32,000 nt of DNA from Bacillus subtilis subsp. subtilis str. 168 (lineage in GTDB: Bacteria; Bacillota; Bacilli; Bacillales; Bacillaceae): contig NC_000964.3 of assembly GCF_000009045.1 (NCBI RefSeq), positions 1,650,001 through 1,682,000 of the forward strand. The letters are read 5' to 3'. How positions within the stretch are numbered: the first letter of the stretch is position 1; each line of letters starts with the position of its first letter. Position numbers and translations under genes: made by a program. This document shows positions 29,981 through 32,000 of the stretch, one piece after another. The notes beneath the pieces are model-generated. The model saw only the letters and a list, made by a program, of their open reading frames with translations. It was not told where the DNA came from and did not search any database.

Positions 29981-30258
29981 AAGAGCAGACACCGATCAGA
30001 AAAGCTGTTGCTCTCCATTATGACGAACAAAAAGACAAGGCGCCGAGAGTGATTGCCACAGGGAAGGGCCATGTAGCTGACAACATTATAAAAGAAGCGA
30101 AAAAAGCAGGGGTCCCGATTCAAGAAGATCGGACCCTTGTCGAATTAATGCGCCATTTGACGGTAGATGATCAAATTCCTGAAGCTCTTTATGAAACGGT
30201 AGCCGAGATTTTTTCATTCATTTACAAATTGGACGAAAGCGTAAAAAACAAAAAATAG
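29977..30258 (+). CDS. ylqH: YlqH, stand-alone FlhB-like cytoplasmic C-terminal domain
   Basis: 93 aa. AVALHYDEQKDKAPRVIATGKGHVADNIIKEAKKAGVPIQEDRTLVELM...QIPEALYETVAEIFSFIYKL follows the FlhB C-terminal pattern. ATGA overlap with ylqG. Confidence 0.9.
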   Translation: MKEQTPIRKAVALHYDEQKDKAPRVIATGKGHVADNIIKEAKKAGVPIQEDRTLVELMRHLTVDDQIPEALYETVAEIFSFIYKLDESVKNKK

Positions 30259-30351
30259 CTAAAATATTCCCCATCCTTCTTTGAAATTTATGTTTTTAAT
30301 AAAGTAAAAGTTTGAATGTTTAGAAGGATTAAAAGATTTTGCATCGAACTG

Positions 30352-30379
30352 TAGACAATTCTTCCAGTATTATTATAGA
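30352..30379 (+). promoter_or_regulatory. Possible sigma-A promoter of sucCD
   Basis: TAGACA (30352-30357), a 16-nt spacer, then TATAGA (30374-30379). TAGAAT at 30376-30381 is an alternative -10. Confidence 0.5.
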
Positions 30380-30430
30380 ATGAAAGCGCAGTCTATTTTA
30401 GTTTTGTTACATAAGTTAGGAGGATGGGAA

Positions 30431-31588
<1,158 letters not shown>

Positions 31589-31616
31589 GAAAGAATGAAA
31601 GGCAGGGGACCAAATA

Positions 31617-32000
31617 ATGAGTGTTTTCATTAATAAAGATACAAGAGTTATTGTGCAAGGGATTACAGGTTCTACCGCTTTATTTCATACGAAGCAGATG
31701 CTTGAATACGGCACAAATATCGTTGGCGGTGTAACACCTGGAAAAGGCGGAACAGAAGCGGAAGGTGTTCCTGTATTTAATACAGTGGCTGAAGCAGTTC
31801 AAACAACCGGCGCTAACGCGTCTGTTATATATGTGCCCGCACCGTTTGCAGCTGATGCGATTATGGAAGCGGTAGATGCGGAGCTTGATCTCGTGATTTG
31901 TATCACAGAACATATCCCGGTTTTGGATATGGTGAAGGTCAAACGCTTCATGGAAGGCAAGAAAACGAGACTGATAGGGCCGAACTGTCCTGGTGTCATT
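31617..32000 (+). CDS. sucD: Succinyl-CoA synthetase alpha subunit, N-terminal part (3' end outside window)
   Basis: Translation [45 protein letters not shown]...[11 protein letters not shown]. Open to the window end. Confidence 0.96.
   Translation, partial: MSVFINKDTRVIVQGITGSTALFHTKQMLEYGTNIVGGVTPGKGGTEAEGVPVFNTVAEAVQTTGANASVIYVPAPFAADAIMEAVDAELDLVICITEHIPVLDMVKVKRFMEGKKTRLIGPNCPGVI

Overview
The window is a co-oriented housekeeping block that matches the Bacillus subtilis group chromosome; I infer this from gene order and protein identity recognised by eye. Gene order is rlmN(3' end)-prpC-prkC-rsgA/cpgA-rpe-thiN-spoVM-(rpmB, minus)-yloU-yloV/fakA-sdaAB-sdaAA-recG-fapR-plsX-fabD-fabG-acpA-rnc-smc-ftsY-(ylqB, minus)-ylxM-ffh-rpsP-khpA/ylqC-ylqD-rimM-trmD-rplS-rbgA-rnhB-ylqG-ylqH-sucC-sucD(5' end). 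I see no mobile element, CRISPR array, rRNA/tRNA gene, prophage or recognisable defence island. Supported regulatory features are the FapR operator with the fapR promoter, an L19-type leader before rplS, several sigma-A-like promoters and several intrinsic terminators. Only two genes, rpmB and ylqB, run on the minus strand. The 26-codon spoVM gene is missing from the supplied ORF track. The best candidate for an under-described system is the ylqG-ylqH pair: YlqG has a possible FliK-like C-terminus, and YlqH resembles a stand-alone FlhB C-terminal domain that starts about where FlhB self-cleaves. The pair is translationally coupled and has no flagellar genes around it in this window. Other leads are the secreted protein YlqB placed between the SRP receptor and SRP genes, and structured intergenic RNA before sdaAB and before rnc. 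Nothing here demonstrates a wholly novel system.
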